Source: an uncultured Gammaproteobacteria bacterium
Lineage (GTDB): Bacteria > Pseudomonadota > Gammaproteobacteria > Steroidobacterales > JBCBZW01
Direction of reading: 5' to 3'
Assembly: GCA_965369325.1 (NCBI GenBank)
Contig: CBDUQI010000005.1
Location: 2,267-66,266 of the forward strand
Length of the DNA stretch: 64,000 bases
Positions 30,098-39,978 of this stretch are shown here, piece after piece. The notes beneath the pieces are model-generated. The model had not been told where the DNA came from and ran no database searches. It saw only the letters and a list, made by a program, of their open reading frames with translations. How positions within the stretch are numbered: position 1 is the first letter of the stretch; each line of letters opens with the position of its first letter. Position numbers and translations under genes: made by a program.

Positions 30098-31603
30098 TTA
30101 AGCGCTAGCCGCCTCCCGCGTCTCCACGCGCGGGCCGTTCAAAATCGCCTCACGGGTGCAATTCACCACCAGATCCACCTCAGCGCTGGTCACCTCGAAG
30201 CGCGGCGTATAGCGCAGGCTGTTGGTGCCACCGTGAATCACGTTAATGCCGTTGGCACGCATATAATCTTCAATACTGCCGATGCCCTGGGTCTTAAAAC
30301 ACGGATCCAGTTCCACGCTAAACAGTAAGCCAGTGCCCTGCACGCCGGTGACCAGACCGCCTAGCTCACCCTGCAATTTGCTTAACTTTTCCACAAACTC
30401 TTCGCCGCGTGCGCGGATATTCGCGCGCAGTTCCGGCGTGACTTTGCTCAGCACCCGTACTGCTACATCCATGCCACGCGGATTGGTGGTCATGGTGTTG
30501 CCGTACACGCCTTCACGGAAGGCGGTCAGGCCGCGTGCGGTAACAGCCAGGGTGGATAACGGAAACTGACCGCCGACCAGCGCTTTGGAGTAAGTCTCAA
30601 GATCCGGCGCCTGCAGATGCTCAAAGCCCGGGTAGTCCACCACCGACAAACACCCGGTGGCACGCAGGCCAGCCTGGATTGAGTCGACCAGCAGGAAACT
30701 GCCATGGGCCAGCGTCAACTCGCGGGCAACCGCGTAAAATTCCGGCGTGATCGCCATACCGGGATTGCCCTCGCCCATCACCGGCTCCATAAACATCGCC
30801 TCGATGAACTCACCATCGCGCTCGGCTTTTGCGAACACGGCTTTCAGTTCCTTTATGTTGTTGGGTTCAACCGTCAGCAGCGGAGTCTTACCACGGTAGG
30901 TTGCCAAGTGCTTAGCGTAGCTGGACGCGGTGGAATCGGAAAACTGGCCCGGGCGATCGGTCCGACCGTGAAAACTGCGCCGCAAGCTCATCCGCCGGAC
31001 CGGCTTGCCCGCGTGGCGGCCACCCGGATCGGTCATGGTCTTGGCGTTGATGTCCACCAGACGCGCGCCCACGGTCACGGCCTCCGAGCCGCTGTTCATG
31101 AACATGAAGCGCTCGTACGGGCAGCCTTCGGTGCGGCTGTGGCCGATTTCTTTTTTCAACGCGTCGACCAGCGCAAGCTGGCTGAAATTAGAGGTCATGA
31201 CATTGGCCATCGCCTGAGTCCCGGCCATGCTGTCGATAATGTCCTGCGGTGCGTGCCCGAACCCAAGCATGCCGTAGCCACCAACCTCGTACAGCACCCC
31301 ACCCTTGGTGGTGACGATCCAGGGGCCCACTGCCGCCAGCGACACATAGGGCACCACCGTATCAGCCGGGTAGAAGCACACCAGCCCGGCCTGAATCGCG
31401 TCGATCTGTGCCTGCTCGTCCTGCTGGAACAGATCGCCGTAAGCGTGCGCCCAGCGTTGCCCTGCAAGCACGGCGTTGTCGACGGCCGCAACCAGCTGCG
31501 GATCGGTATCAGCGAAGCCTCGCAGTACACCGTCCGGCAACCCCGGTGTTCTCACCGCACCGCCCGCGCTTCTTAACCCGGCAAGCTTCTCCACGATATC
31601 CAT
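30098..31603 (-). CDS. class III (PLP-dependent) aminotransferase family protein
   Basis: 501 aa with NSGSEAV, a DSIQAGLRATG motif (variant of DEVQTG) and a YSKAL.GG lysine region. The substrate cannot be assigned from sequence. Confidence 0.75.
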   Translation of the reverse strand: MDIVEKLAGLRSAGGAVRTPGLPDGVLRGFADTDPQLVAAVDNAVLAGQRWAHAYGDLFQQDEQAQIDAIQAGLVCFYPADTVVPYVSLAAVGPWIVTTKGGVLYEVGGYGMLGFGHAPQDIIDSMAGTQAMANVMTSNFSQLALVDALKKEIGHSRTEGCPYERFMFMNSGSEAVTVGARLVDINAKTMTDPGGRHAGKPVRRMSLRRSFHGRTDRPGQFSDSTASSYAKHLATYRGKTPLLTVEPNNIKELKAVFAKAERDGEFIEAMFMEPVMGEGNPGMAITPEFYAVARELTLAHGSFLLVDSIQAGLRATGCLSVVDYPGFEHLQAPDLETYSKALVGGQFPLSTLAVTARGLTAFREGVYGNTMTTNPRGMDVAVRVLSKVTPELRANIRARGEEFVEKLSKLQGELGGLVTGVQGTGLLFSVELDPCFKTQGIGSIEDYMRANGINVIHGGTNSLRYTPRFEVTSAEVDLVVNCTREAILNGPRVETREAASA

Positions 31604-31894
31604 GTTTTACTCCGATACTGATTTCGAGACTGGTTCAACGTGCGTTTGATCCAAGCGCAAGTGCGCTGTCACCCACGATTTTAGTCGGCCAGAATAGCAT
31701 ATCGGGCCCATTCGACAGGGCTACACAAACCATAAAATTGCGCATGGACAGTCAATTTTGGTGCCCGCACAGCGCTCCCGCTGACGCATTATGTGCAACC
31801 CGCCCTGACGCCTGCGCTAGAATCTGTCGCGCCCGCATACCGCCTGGCATCGGTGAGCGCAGCCCTGAATCTCGCACCAGCAGCACCTCTGTGC

Positions 31895-33115
31895 TCAGCA
31901 GCACGGGGCGTGATAGGGCTCGAATACTTGGCGACATTGCGCACTTGTGAGCCCGAAATCCGACAGTCGGGCCATCGTCAGCGCCGATGTGCGCGGTGGC
32001 TGAGCGGCCAGCCAATGCGCCATCGCGCCGGCCGCGCGTGGGGTCGGCGATTCACCTCGGGCAGCGTAGATCGCCTCTACTGCCGCCATCGGCGCCTGCA
32101 TCAGTTGCTCGTATTGAATGTCTACAAAGCGCGCCGGCGACCCGACCCGTGCCAAAGAGCTACGAGACAGTGCATCGCCCATGAACTTCAGCGCCATCTC
32201 ACCAATCGCAGATAACGTCGGATGGCCCCGCCCGATGGAGCGATAAGTGCTCGCCAGCAGTGTGCAGAACGAGGTCATGCAATCGGCCGGATCGCGATGC
32301 ATCTGCACCACGACAGCATCAGGAAACTGGCGCAGCAACGCATCCAGCGCATACAGATGGAACGGACTTTTGAGCGCCCAGCGCGGGCGTGGGTACCACC
32401 AGTGCAGTAATCGCAACTGCTGCGCGTACACCTTGTAGGCGCGATCCCAGTGCGCATCGCTGCGCTCGACCAGCCAATCAAGGTACCCGCCCACCGCGCC
32501 GTGCAGCATAAAGCTGGGCGATACCAGCGAAGTTTCCAGCAAGCCAAAGCACTCCTCGGCCACCGCTGGGTTAGCCGGGTGTAGATGGGCGAGCTGCGGA
32601 TGCGCGCGTTCAAAGCCACGCAAATAGCGACGCGTCACCGCGATTCTGGCGTCCTGGGTAAAGTACTTATCACTGCCGCGCCAGTCCGGCTCGACAGGTG
32701 GTGGCTGAAACGTCTCCCAGGAACGCGGGCTGCGGGTGTCGGGGTCTTGTGCCAGCAAGCGCTGCACCAGCGTGGTGCCCGAGCGGAACGGTGCCACGAT
32801 GACAATCGGCTGGTGCAGTGACACCTCTTCGATGTCCGGGTAGCGTTGTTGATAGCGGGTGAGTGCCACCCGCTTAAGCAACGCGTCCACAATGGCAAAC
32901 TCAGCGCGCTTGCGTCCGAAAAAACTAAGCGGCAGGGGCTGCTGTGCGAATGCGCGGCATAGCGCCTGCAGCGCTGCCTGGTCGGTCAGTATGTGCAGAT
33001 CCTCGGCGGTGGCGCCCGGTACATCGTCAGCCAACCGTGCTTCGGCCAGACGCAGTAGGGCGGCGGCGGCGAACAGCGGTGGCTGTGCAGCGGTCGTATC
33101 AGCGCGGCGATTCAT
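31895..33115 (-). CDS. sulfotransferase family protein
   Basis: The ORF extends to 33205, but a terminator hairpin lies inside that extension, so I prefer ATG 33115 (MNRRADTT). It has the PAPS-binding-loop-like motif APFRSGTTLVQRLL. Confidence 0.65.
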   Translation of the reverse strand: MNRRADTTAAQPPLFAAAALLRLAEARLADDVPGATAEDLHILTDQAALQALCRAFAQQPLPLSFFGRKRAEFAIVDALLKRVALTRYQQRYPDIEEVSLHQPIVIVAPFRSGTTLVQRLLAQDPDTRSPRSWETFQPPPVEPDWRGSDKYFTQDARIAVTRRYLRGFERAHPQLAHLHPANPAVAEECFGLLETSLVSPSFMLHGAVGGYLDWLVERSDAHWDRAYKVYAQQLRLLHWWYPRPRWALKSPFHLYALDALLRQFPDAVVVQMHRDPADCMTSFCTLLASTYRSIGRGHPTLSAIGEMALKFMGDALSRSSLARVGSPARFVDIQYEQLMQAPMAAVEAIYAARGESPTPRAAGAMAHWLAAQPPRTSALTMARLSDFGLTSAQCRQVFEPYHAPCC

Positions 33116-33202
33116 GTTTGGATGACATCTGGATTGAGCCTGCCGTCGTCGTCGTGGCAAGGCCCGCAGCATACCACCATCACGATGGCGATTCGGGGTG
33201 CT

Positions 33203-33243
33203 CAAAACAGACGGTGCCTACCGCCCAGGTGGCGGCAGGCACC
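33203..33243 (-). terminator. rho-independent terminator of the S8 protease gene
   Basis: Minus strand: GGTGCCTGCCGCC-ACCTG-GGCGGTAGGCACC (13-bp stem with one mismatch) followed by GTCTGTTTTG, starting 18 nt after the stop codon. Confidence 0.6.
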
Positions 33244-33260
33244 GTGATTACACCCTTAGT

Positions 33261-35468
33261 CTATTGAGGGCAGATCGAAATATCGTCAATACCGCATTCG
33301 ACTAGGTCACCGCCTCCGGAACCGTCGGAACACTGCACCCGAAGGGCAACATCCGCGCCAGCGGACACCGTCGCACTCGCGTTAGCCCACGCGGCATTCA
33401 TACGGGTATCCCCGTTGGAGGCCAGGGTGCTCCAACTGGCACCCCCGTTGGTGGAGTACTCCAGCGCGAAGAAGTCGTTGCCGTCATCGCCGCTGTCGCG
33501 CTGGCCATGCCAGTACCACACTGAGAGCGTTGAGGTCTCGGCCACGTCCCACACCGGAGAGATGAGGATACAGTTACCCCCGTCCACGTCGTTGACGCCC
33601 GCGCTGGTGTTAGTCGCGGTAAAGGCCGAGGTTGCGCCGGAATGGGAGCCGCCCACCTGGGTGGTCACACCACTGTTGGTTTGCTGGCTCGGATCACCCA
33701 GCACCCAGTCGCCGCGGATACAAGTGCTTGCACCATCGTTAAACCAGCCATCAGCCCCGGCTTCAAAGCCGTCATCCAACGTGCACTGCCCCCCAGGGGG
33801 TGGCGGATCGTCATCGCCAACGACGCGCACGCAACGGTAAACGCCCTCGTTGCCGCCAGCGCCAGAATCCTTATCGTTGACGAAGGCCAAGAACATATCG
33901 CCGGTGTAGTTGGCACCTACGTTCATGCTCATCAACTGCCAGTCACCGTTACCGCTGTACTGCGGGGAGTGTGCGATTGCGCCACCGCCGCTCCAGTTCT
34001 GAGTACCCCAGAAATCAAAGTACCTAGCGTCGTCGTTGAGCGAATCGTTCTCATCAAACCCTGCGGCGTGAATCTCGCCCTGGCTGTCTGAACGGAAGTA
34101 GAACTCAAGCTGCGTATTCGCGTTCACATTGAAGGTGCTGGTTGTACGAATCCAGGTATTGTCGAGCAAACGGATCTCGTTGCCACCATCCCCCACGGCA
34201 AAGTTGTTCGATGCATTCTGCCCAGCGGCGCCGGTGTAGCTCAGCGATGCCAAGTTGAGCGCGTCAGATGCACACTCCGGATCGTCGGTGGGCGGCGGCG
34301 GGCCGCTGTCGTCGAGCGTATACAGCAGACGGTTGGGCGACCCCGAACCTGCGTTGGAAACCACGCCGGTAGTCGCGCGCGCGGTAATCTCATCGCCCAC
34401 CTGGAACGGGGACCAGGACGAGTGCTGATCAAACACCAGCGCGGCCGCGCCAGCCACGTGTGGCGTCGCCATAGAGGTACCGCTGATGGTGTTGGTGCCA
34501 TTGTCCGAGTTGTTCCAGGTAGAGGTAATTGAAGAGCCTGGTGCAAAGATGCTCAAACAGGTACCAATGTTAGAAAACGAGGAGCGCGCATCCGAGCTGG
34601 TGGTGGAGCCGACGGTGTAGGCGTTGGCGGCTGAGGACGGCGATAAGTTGCATGCATCAACACCATTGTCATTGCCAGCGGCAACTGCGTAAAACACACC
34701 CGCGGCCACTGAGGCATTTACCGCGTCGTTTTCGCTTTGCGAGAAGCCGCCGCCCAGACTCATGTTGGCGACCATCGGGGTCCCCGGGTTGGCCTGCTTC
34801 TGGCCAGTGACATAATCAATGCCGCAGGTGATCGCGCTGTTGGGGCAAGTGCCATTGCCATTACAGACCTTTACCGCGATCAGGTTGGCGTTTTTCGCCA
34901 CCCCGTAGGTGGCGCTGCCTGCGGTACCGGCCACATGCGTACCGTGCCCGTTATCATCCACCGCACTGCCGGTGCACACGGCACCGAACGATGCGCGACC
35001 GCCAAAGTCGTTGTGAGTGGTGCGAATACCCGTATCGATGATGTACACATTCACCCCGGTACCATCAAAGTCCCAGTGGTAGTTGTTATCCATCGGCAGC
35101 GCGCGTTCGTCCACCCGATCAAGGCCCCAGGTGGGGTTGGACTGGTCGCCGACGATGTGGGACATAGCGTCCTGCTCGACGTAGCGCACGCGAGGATCAC
35201 GTGCGATGGCCATGGCGGCCTCGCGCGACATCTGCATGGCGGCGCCACTTAAGGCGTGGCTGTAGAACTTATCAATGTAGGCGCCATGGCTGGCGGCCAG
35301 ATTTTGTGCGACAGAAGTGACGCGGCTGGCACCACGGACAGTGTCATTGAACACCACGATATAACTGTCGGCAATGAGTTCAGCCCCTTGAGGCTGGAGG
35401 ATCTGACCGTCACCCGCATGCGCGGTGGAAAAGGCCAGCAAAGCAAACAAGATGCCTGTTTTCCTCAC
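33261..35468 (-). CDS. secreted subtilisin-family (S8) serine protease with I9 propeptide and long C-terminal extension
   Basis: Catalytic motifs DTGIRTTHNDF, HGTHVAGT and SGTSMATPHVAGAAAL are present, with the I9 propeptide YIVVFND... Likely start is GTG 35468 (VRKTGILFALLAFSTAHA), preceded by AAGGAG. About 330 aa follow the catalytic domain. Confidence 0.9.
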   Translation of the reverse strand: MRKTGILFALLAFSTAHAGDGQILQPQGAELIADSYIVVFNDTVRGASRVTSVAQNLAASHGAYIDKFYSHALSGAAMQMSREAAMAIARDPRVRYVEQDAMSHIVGDQSNPTWGLDRVDERALPMDNNYHWDFDGTGVNVYIIDTGIRTTHNDFGGRASFGAVCTGSAVDDNGHGTHVAGTAGSATYGVAKNANLIAVKVCNGNGTCPNSAITCGIDYVTGQKQANPGTPMVANMSLGGGFSQSENDAVNASVAAGVFYAVAAGNDNGVDACNLSPSSAANAYTVGSTTSSDARSSFSNIGTCLSIFAPGSSITSTWNNSDNGTNTISGTSMATPHVAGAAALVFDQHSSWSPFQVGDEITARATTGVVSNAGSGSPNRLLYTLDDSGPPPPTDDPECASDALNLASLSYTGAAGQNASNNFAVGDGGNEIRLLDNTWIRTTSTFNVNANTQLEFYFRSDSQGEIHAAGFDENDSLNDDARYFDFWGTQNWSGGGAIAHSPQYSGNGDWQLMSMNVGANYTGDMFLAFVNDKDSGAGGNEGVYRCVRVVGDDDPPPPGGQCTLDDGFEAGADGWFNDGASTCIRGDWVLGDPSQQTNSGVTTQVGGSHSGATSAFTATNTSAGVNDVDGGNCILISPVWDVAETSTLSVWYWHGQRDSGDDGNDFFALEYSTNGGASWSTLASNGDTRMNAAWANASATVSAGADVALRVQCSDGSGGGDLVECGIDDISICPQ

Positions 35469-35895
35469 GTTTGATCTCCTTAGATTTAGCCCATTGGCGA
35501 GCATCGCCCTAACGCGGCGAAAGCTCGTCCACGGGCTGTTTGGCTAAAAGACTAAGATCAGACTGACTTGTCCGACGGGCGGGCTGGTTGCCGAAAACGG
35601 CTTGAACACGGCCTGCGAGCGCCCTACTGGCGACCCCACTGCACTCCGAACTCCCCAGTTCGGATGCCTGCACCGTCCGCGCTCCCCTGCACATCGGGCA
35701 AATAAGCAACAGCTCGGTTCTCGAGCCGAGAGATTGCATTATGTATAATTGAGGCTGGGAATACCAGCCGGCCGGATACTTTGGAAGTAAGCGTAAAGGC
35801 TTCGGCATCCGCCTCGGATGCCAGCGTGCGGATACGCGCACAATCAGCTTGGTAGAGGCGGTGTCCGGGCGCCGATCAGGCTACCGGCATTGCGG

Positions 35896-38757
35896 TTACT
35901 GGCGGGCCAGCATCCCGCCAGGCGGATCGATGTCTATGCGTGCCCATTGCTCACCATCGTGGCGCAACTCGTAGGCGGGCCAGTATTTGAGATCCAGCTT
36001 CAGCGTGATGACATCGCTCGCACCATTCCACATGACGGTTTTCAGACGTACCGAATCGCGATCGCCCTTGCCTTTCACCGCCAGAAGAAAATCATCCAGA
36101 TCAGCGACGGTTTTCCCATCCACCTCGATGACCCGGCGCCCAGCCCACAAACCGTAGCGGGTGGCAGGTGATCCATAGCCAAAATAAGCCACGTAAACGC
36201 CCTTCTGCTCGATGCCCCGCTGTGCCGCCAACTCCCGATGCGGTGCCTGCAACAGAGCACCGGCCCAAACGACGACCCGGTCGATACCGCCGCCGCCAAG
36301 TTGTACGGTGGGCACCTGTAGGCGCTTCTCCACGCCTTCGCGCCACAAGGTGAGCTCCACCTGCGGCTTCTGCACCGAGGTCTCGACCTGGCGGAAATTA
36401 TTCACCGGCTGGCCGTCCACCGCCAGCAGCAAATCGCCGGTCTCAAGCAAACTGGCAGCAGGCGAGCCGGCGACCAGACGCATGACACTAAGCACCTGGC
36501 GGCGCTTCGGATCGTGCTTCTCCAGTCGACGCACGGCCTCATCGCTCAGCCCCAGTTTGCGACCGGCCGACAGAGGCACCGGCCACAGCTCTACTTCCAG
36601 CGAATGCAGCGCCTGCTGATCGCGCACCAGACCGAGCAGCTCCGTCACCGGGTCGGCGGGCACGCCTTTGTTGCTCTGAGTGACTTCGCGACCGTTCTCG
36701 TAGGCAAAGCTGGACCACAACGAAATAACTTTGCCGCTCTTGTCGATGAGCACGCCATCCACATTCTCCGGCGCGTTGACCACGGCAATCGTCTCAATGT
36801 TGCTGTCGCGGAAACGAAACGAGCGGGTCAGCGGGAATTCAGCGGCATCCACCGACGACACCTCGGTGGCCTGGGAAACCACTTTATGGTCTGGGCGCAG
36901 GCCCGTCACCCACACTCGAGCACCGGGCGCGGGGATCTCTTTGCTGAACTGCGCCGACTTAACCGGCGTATCACCAATCAAGGCCGGATCGTAGGCCAGC
37001 ATGGCCATGTTGTGCAGCGGATGCACATACTCCACCCGTGCCGGAATCTCCAGCGAGCCGGCGAAGGTCAGGCGTACATCGCCAATGGCCACGGGTACCG
37101 TGTTGCGATCCACCACTACGTAACCGTTTTCGGCATCCACCACCAAACCCGTGCCGTAGTAATGACGGTCCGACACGCCGGATACCGTATAAGGCATGTC
37201 AAAATTCACCATCACCAGCGAGGGCGATATTTTGCGCACTCTTGGATCGCCATTCAGCACAAACTGGGTGGAACCGTCCACGGGTACGCTGGGCGACGGA
37301 CCGTCCGCCAGTGTGCGGCAGGGCCAGTAGCCGGCACTGTCGTCACGATGGCAGCGGCGCGCTGAAAACCAGCGCCGATCTATACGCACCACGCGTAAAG
37401 ATGTACGGTTGGGATCATCGTAGGTAAAAAACCGCACCGGCACACGGTCGCCATCCGCCAGCCCTTCCAGCGCCTGCTCGAAATCATCCAGATCGTTCAT
37501 CGGCGTGCCGTTGAACTGGGTGATCACCGCACCACGTGGGATTGCCGACGTGCTCAGCATGTAACCGGGACTAGCGACAAACACGCCAGCGACGGCGGTA
37601 TTGAAATGCCGTGCCTGTTGATAGGACAGGCGGTGGACAATCGATGCGCCCACCTCAATAAAATTATCCGGGGTAATCGCATGCAAATCGCCCACGGTGA
37701 CCTGGGTATTGATGCTGTGCCCGCCGCGCTCGATAACCAGGTTCAGAGGCTGATCCACGTTGGCGTCCAGTATCTGCGCCAGCGGCACAAAGCCGGTCAC
37801 CAGTTCGCCCCCCACGCTCACCAGAATGTCCCCCGGCTCCAGTACGTCCTGGGCGGGGCCGTCCGGCACCACCTGGGCGACAACCAGCATGCCAATCTGC
37901 TGCGGCTGCGCAGCGCGTACGCGCGCCTCGGTATCTGCATCCAGCCCCAATCGGCGCAACTCATCATAGGGACGATGGCGAAACACGGTCTGCAGCGATC
38001 CGCGATCAACGGGCTGCCCGGTGCGGACCCGTTCCAGTGCGCGTTGCACCCGGTCCAGCGGTAGGAAAAAACTGGACGCTGCATTGCTATTAGCGCCCGC
38101 GTTGAGTGCCACCACGCGTCCGCTGATGTCCACCACCGGCGAGCCGGAAGAGCCACCAGAGGTACTTGACGCGGCCTGTAGATAAAAAGTGTTGAAGTCG
38201 TTGTATTTGTTTTTGCCGTAGCTGGGGGCCGTGCGATCCAACTTGGCGATGGTGCCTGCCAGGATCGAAAGCTGCTCGCCAGCATCGTTACCCACCACAC
38301 GAATATCGCGACCGATCTGCGCGCCCGAGGGGTCCAGCTCAAACTCATGCGGCTTAATAAACCGCAATTTGCTCGGGTCGTAACGGAACAGGCCAAAATC
38401 GTGCACCGGATCACGATACACCGGCATCAGGTCAACTTCCTCGTGGTTGAGGAACACCGCCTCGGCAACCACCGGACCCGGCATCACCACGTGCCTATTG
38501 GTGAGAATCAGGCCGGCCTCGGCATCCACCACAAAGCCGGTGGCCTGGGTAGATTGATTCCATTCGGTATCAAACGCACGCGTGCCGTCCACCCGGATGG
38601 AGACGACACCTGAGGAGATTCGCTCCACCGTTGCACTCCAGGCCCCGGCATCTGACTGATCCTGCGCTCGGCTCGTCACACTCCAAAACACCAGCAGGCA
38701 CGCCAACACTAATCGCATCACGTTTGAATCTATCCTTCGGTTATGGTGCCGGCGCAA
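35896..38757 (-). CDS. Nma111-like HtrA-family protein: active trypsin-fold domain plus PDZ regions plus a degenerate second protease-like domain plus PDZ regions
   Basis: 953 aa with a signal peptide. The first domain has LILTNRHVV (His), VHDFGLF (Asp) and GGSSGSPVV (Ser). The second half repeats the fold but reads VVVDRNTVP and VDGVLIDKSGKV at the His/Ser positions. Confidence 0.8.
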   Translation of the reverse strand: MRRHHNRRIDSNVMRLVLACLLVFWSVTSRAQDQSDAGAWSATVERISSGVVSIRVDGTRAFDTEWNQSTQATGFVVDAEAGLILTNRHVVMPGPVVAEAVFLNHEEVDLMPVYRDPVHDFGLFRYDPSKLRFIKPHEFELDPSGAQIGRDIRVVGNDAGEQLSILAGTIAKLDRTAPSYGKNKYNDFNTFYLQAASSTSGGSSGSPVVDISGRVVALNAGANSNAASSFFLPLDRVQRALERVRTGQPVDRGSLQTVFRHRPYDELRRLGLDADTEARVRAAQPQQIGMLVVAQVVPDGPAQDVLEPGDILVSVGGELVTGFVPLAQILDANVDQPLNLVIERGGHSINTQVTVGDLHAITPDNFIEVGASIVHRLSYQQARHFNTAVAGVFVASPGYMLSTSAIPRGAVITQFNGTPMNDLDDFEQALEGLADGDRVPVRFFTYDDPNRTSLRVVRIDRRWFSARRCHRDDSAGYWPCRTLADGPSPSVPVDGSTQFVLNGDPRVRKISPSLVMVNFDMPYTVSGVSDRHYYGTGLVVDAENGYVVVDRNTVPVAIGDVRLTFAGSLEIPARVEYVHPLHNMAMLAYDPALIGDTPVKSAQFSKEIPAPGARVWVTGLRPDHKVVSQATEVSSVDAAEFPLTRSFRFRDSNIETIAVVNAPENVDGVLIDKSGKVISLWSSFAYENGREVTQSNKGVPADPVTELLGLVRDQQALHSLEVELWPVPLSAGRKLGLSDEAVRRLEKHDPKRRQVLSVMRLVAGSPAASLLETGDLLLAVDGQPVNNFRQVETSVQKPQVELTLWREGVEKRLQVPTVQLGGGGIDRVVVWAGALLQAPHRELAAQRGIEQKGVYVAYFGYGSPATRYGLWAGRRVIEVDGKTVADLDDFLLAVKGKGDRDSVRLKTVMWNGASDVITLKLDLKYWPAYELRHDGEQWARIDIDPPGGMLARQ

Positions 38758-38779
38758 GCCGCCGGCGACATCGGTAAAC

Positions 38780-39757
38780 TCAGTTCTTTAGGTCCGGTAT
38801 GTAACCGAAACTTTGTTCGAATCGGGCCATCAACGTATCTCGGGTGAATCCGTGATTCTGAGTGCCGTGGCACTCAATTTTCATCGCGCCCAGCAATGAC
38901 GCCAGCCGCCCGGTCACCTCCCAATCCAGCTCGCGGGAAATGCCGTACAACAATCCAGCGCGATACGCATCGCCGCAGCCGGTCGGATCGCTGATCTGGG
39001 TCGTACTCGCTGCCGGGATCTCGATCCGATGCCCATCGTGGTACACGTGCGAGCCCTCGCCCCCGCGGGTCACAATCAACGCATCCAGCCGATCAGCCAT
39101 CTCGGCCGGTGCAAGGCCGGTTTTGTCCTGCACCATCTGCGCTTCGTAATCGTTCACCGTCAGCCAGCTGGCTTTGTCGATAAAGTCCAGCAGTTGTGCG
39201 CCGTCAAACTGCGGCAGCTGCTGGCCGGGATCGAAAATAAACGGAATCTGCGCCTCGGCAAACTCCTGCGCATGCTGGATCATGCCATCGCGACCATCCG
39301 GCGAGATGATGCCAATTTCCACACCCGCATTGGCTGGGACCTGCTGTTGGTGTGAGAAGTTCATTGCACCTGGGTGAAAAGCCGTAATCTGATTGTCGTC
39401 CACATCGGTAGTGATGTAGGCCTGAGCGGTGAACTCATCCGCCAGCTCACTCACCATGCGGATATCAACACCGTGCGATGTCATCCACTCGCGATACGGT
39501 CCGAAGTCTTTGCCGACGGTGGCCATCAGCATGCCTTTGCCCCCCAACATGCTCAGATTGAAGGCGATGTTGCCGCCGCAGCCACCGTACTCGCGCCGTA
39601 GCTCAGGCACCAGAAAAGCCACATTCAGCATGTGGATCTTGTCCGGCAGGATGTGCTCCTTGAAATGCCCTGGAAACACCATAATGTTATCGAAGGCCAC
39701 AGAGCCACAAATCAAAGCTGTCATGTTATTCCTCGTAATGTCCGACCGGTCCGTCAT
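38780..39757 (-). CDS. PfkB-family carbohydrate/nucleoside kinase
   Basis: 325 aa with GGCGGNIAFN near the N-terminus and the DPTGCGDAYRAGLLYG C-terminal PfkB signature. Confidence 0.85.
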   Translation of the reverse strand: MTDRSDITRNNMTALICGSVAFDNIMVFPGHFKEHILPDKIHMLNVAFLVPELRREYGGCGGNIAFNLSMLGGKGMLMATVGKDFGPYREWMTSHGVDIRMVSELADEFTAQAYITTDVDDNQITAFHPGAMNFSHQQQVPANAGVEIGIISPDGRDGMIQHAQEFAEAQIPFIFDPGQQLPQFDGAQLLDFIDKASWLTVNDYEAQMVQDKTGLAPAEMADRLDALIVTRGGEGSHVYHDGHRIEIPAASTTQISDPTGCGDAYRAGLLYGISRELDWEVTGRLASLLGAMKIECHGTQNHGFTRDTLMARFEQSFGYIPDLKN

Positions 39758-39978
39758 CGGGCCGGATCTGTCTCTGGCTTGTTGTTATCGACGCGCCAGG
39801 AGCGTGCCCGGCTGCTGGTTGCCTGAACGAGGCGCAATGCGCTGTCTCGCCAGACGAAAATCGGCGACAGCATGACTCAGAAATGCCCGGCTGGCCAGCC
39901 AACCGGGTCTCCGCGCGGTCAAATTGTGTCCTGGGTCGCGCTGCGCCGGGCGCGGCAGTGCATTCGCCGCACTCGGCC

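Noticed and set aside
35804-35822. Hairpin GGCATCC-gcctc-GGATGCC as the terminator of the Nma111-like gene.
   Set aside because: The stem is plausible but is not followed by a U-tract on the minus strand. I therefore did not call it a rho-independent terminator.
35509-35841. A 110-aa minus-strand ORF in the protease intergenic spacer.
   Set aside because: I see no ribosome-binding site and no recognisable motif. The composition is odd, and the ORF spans hairpins and the AT-rich promoter-like patch.
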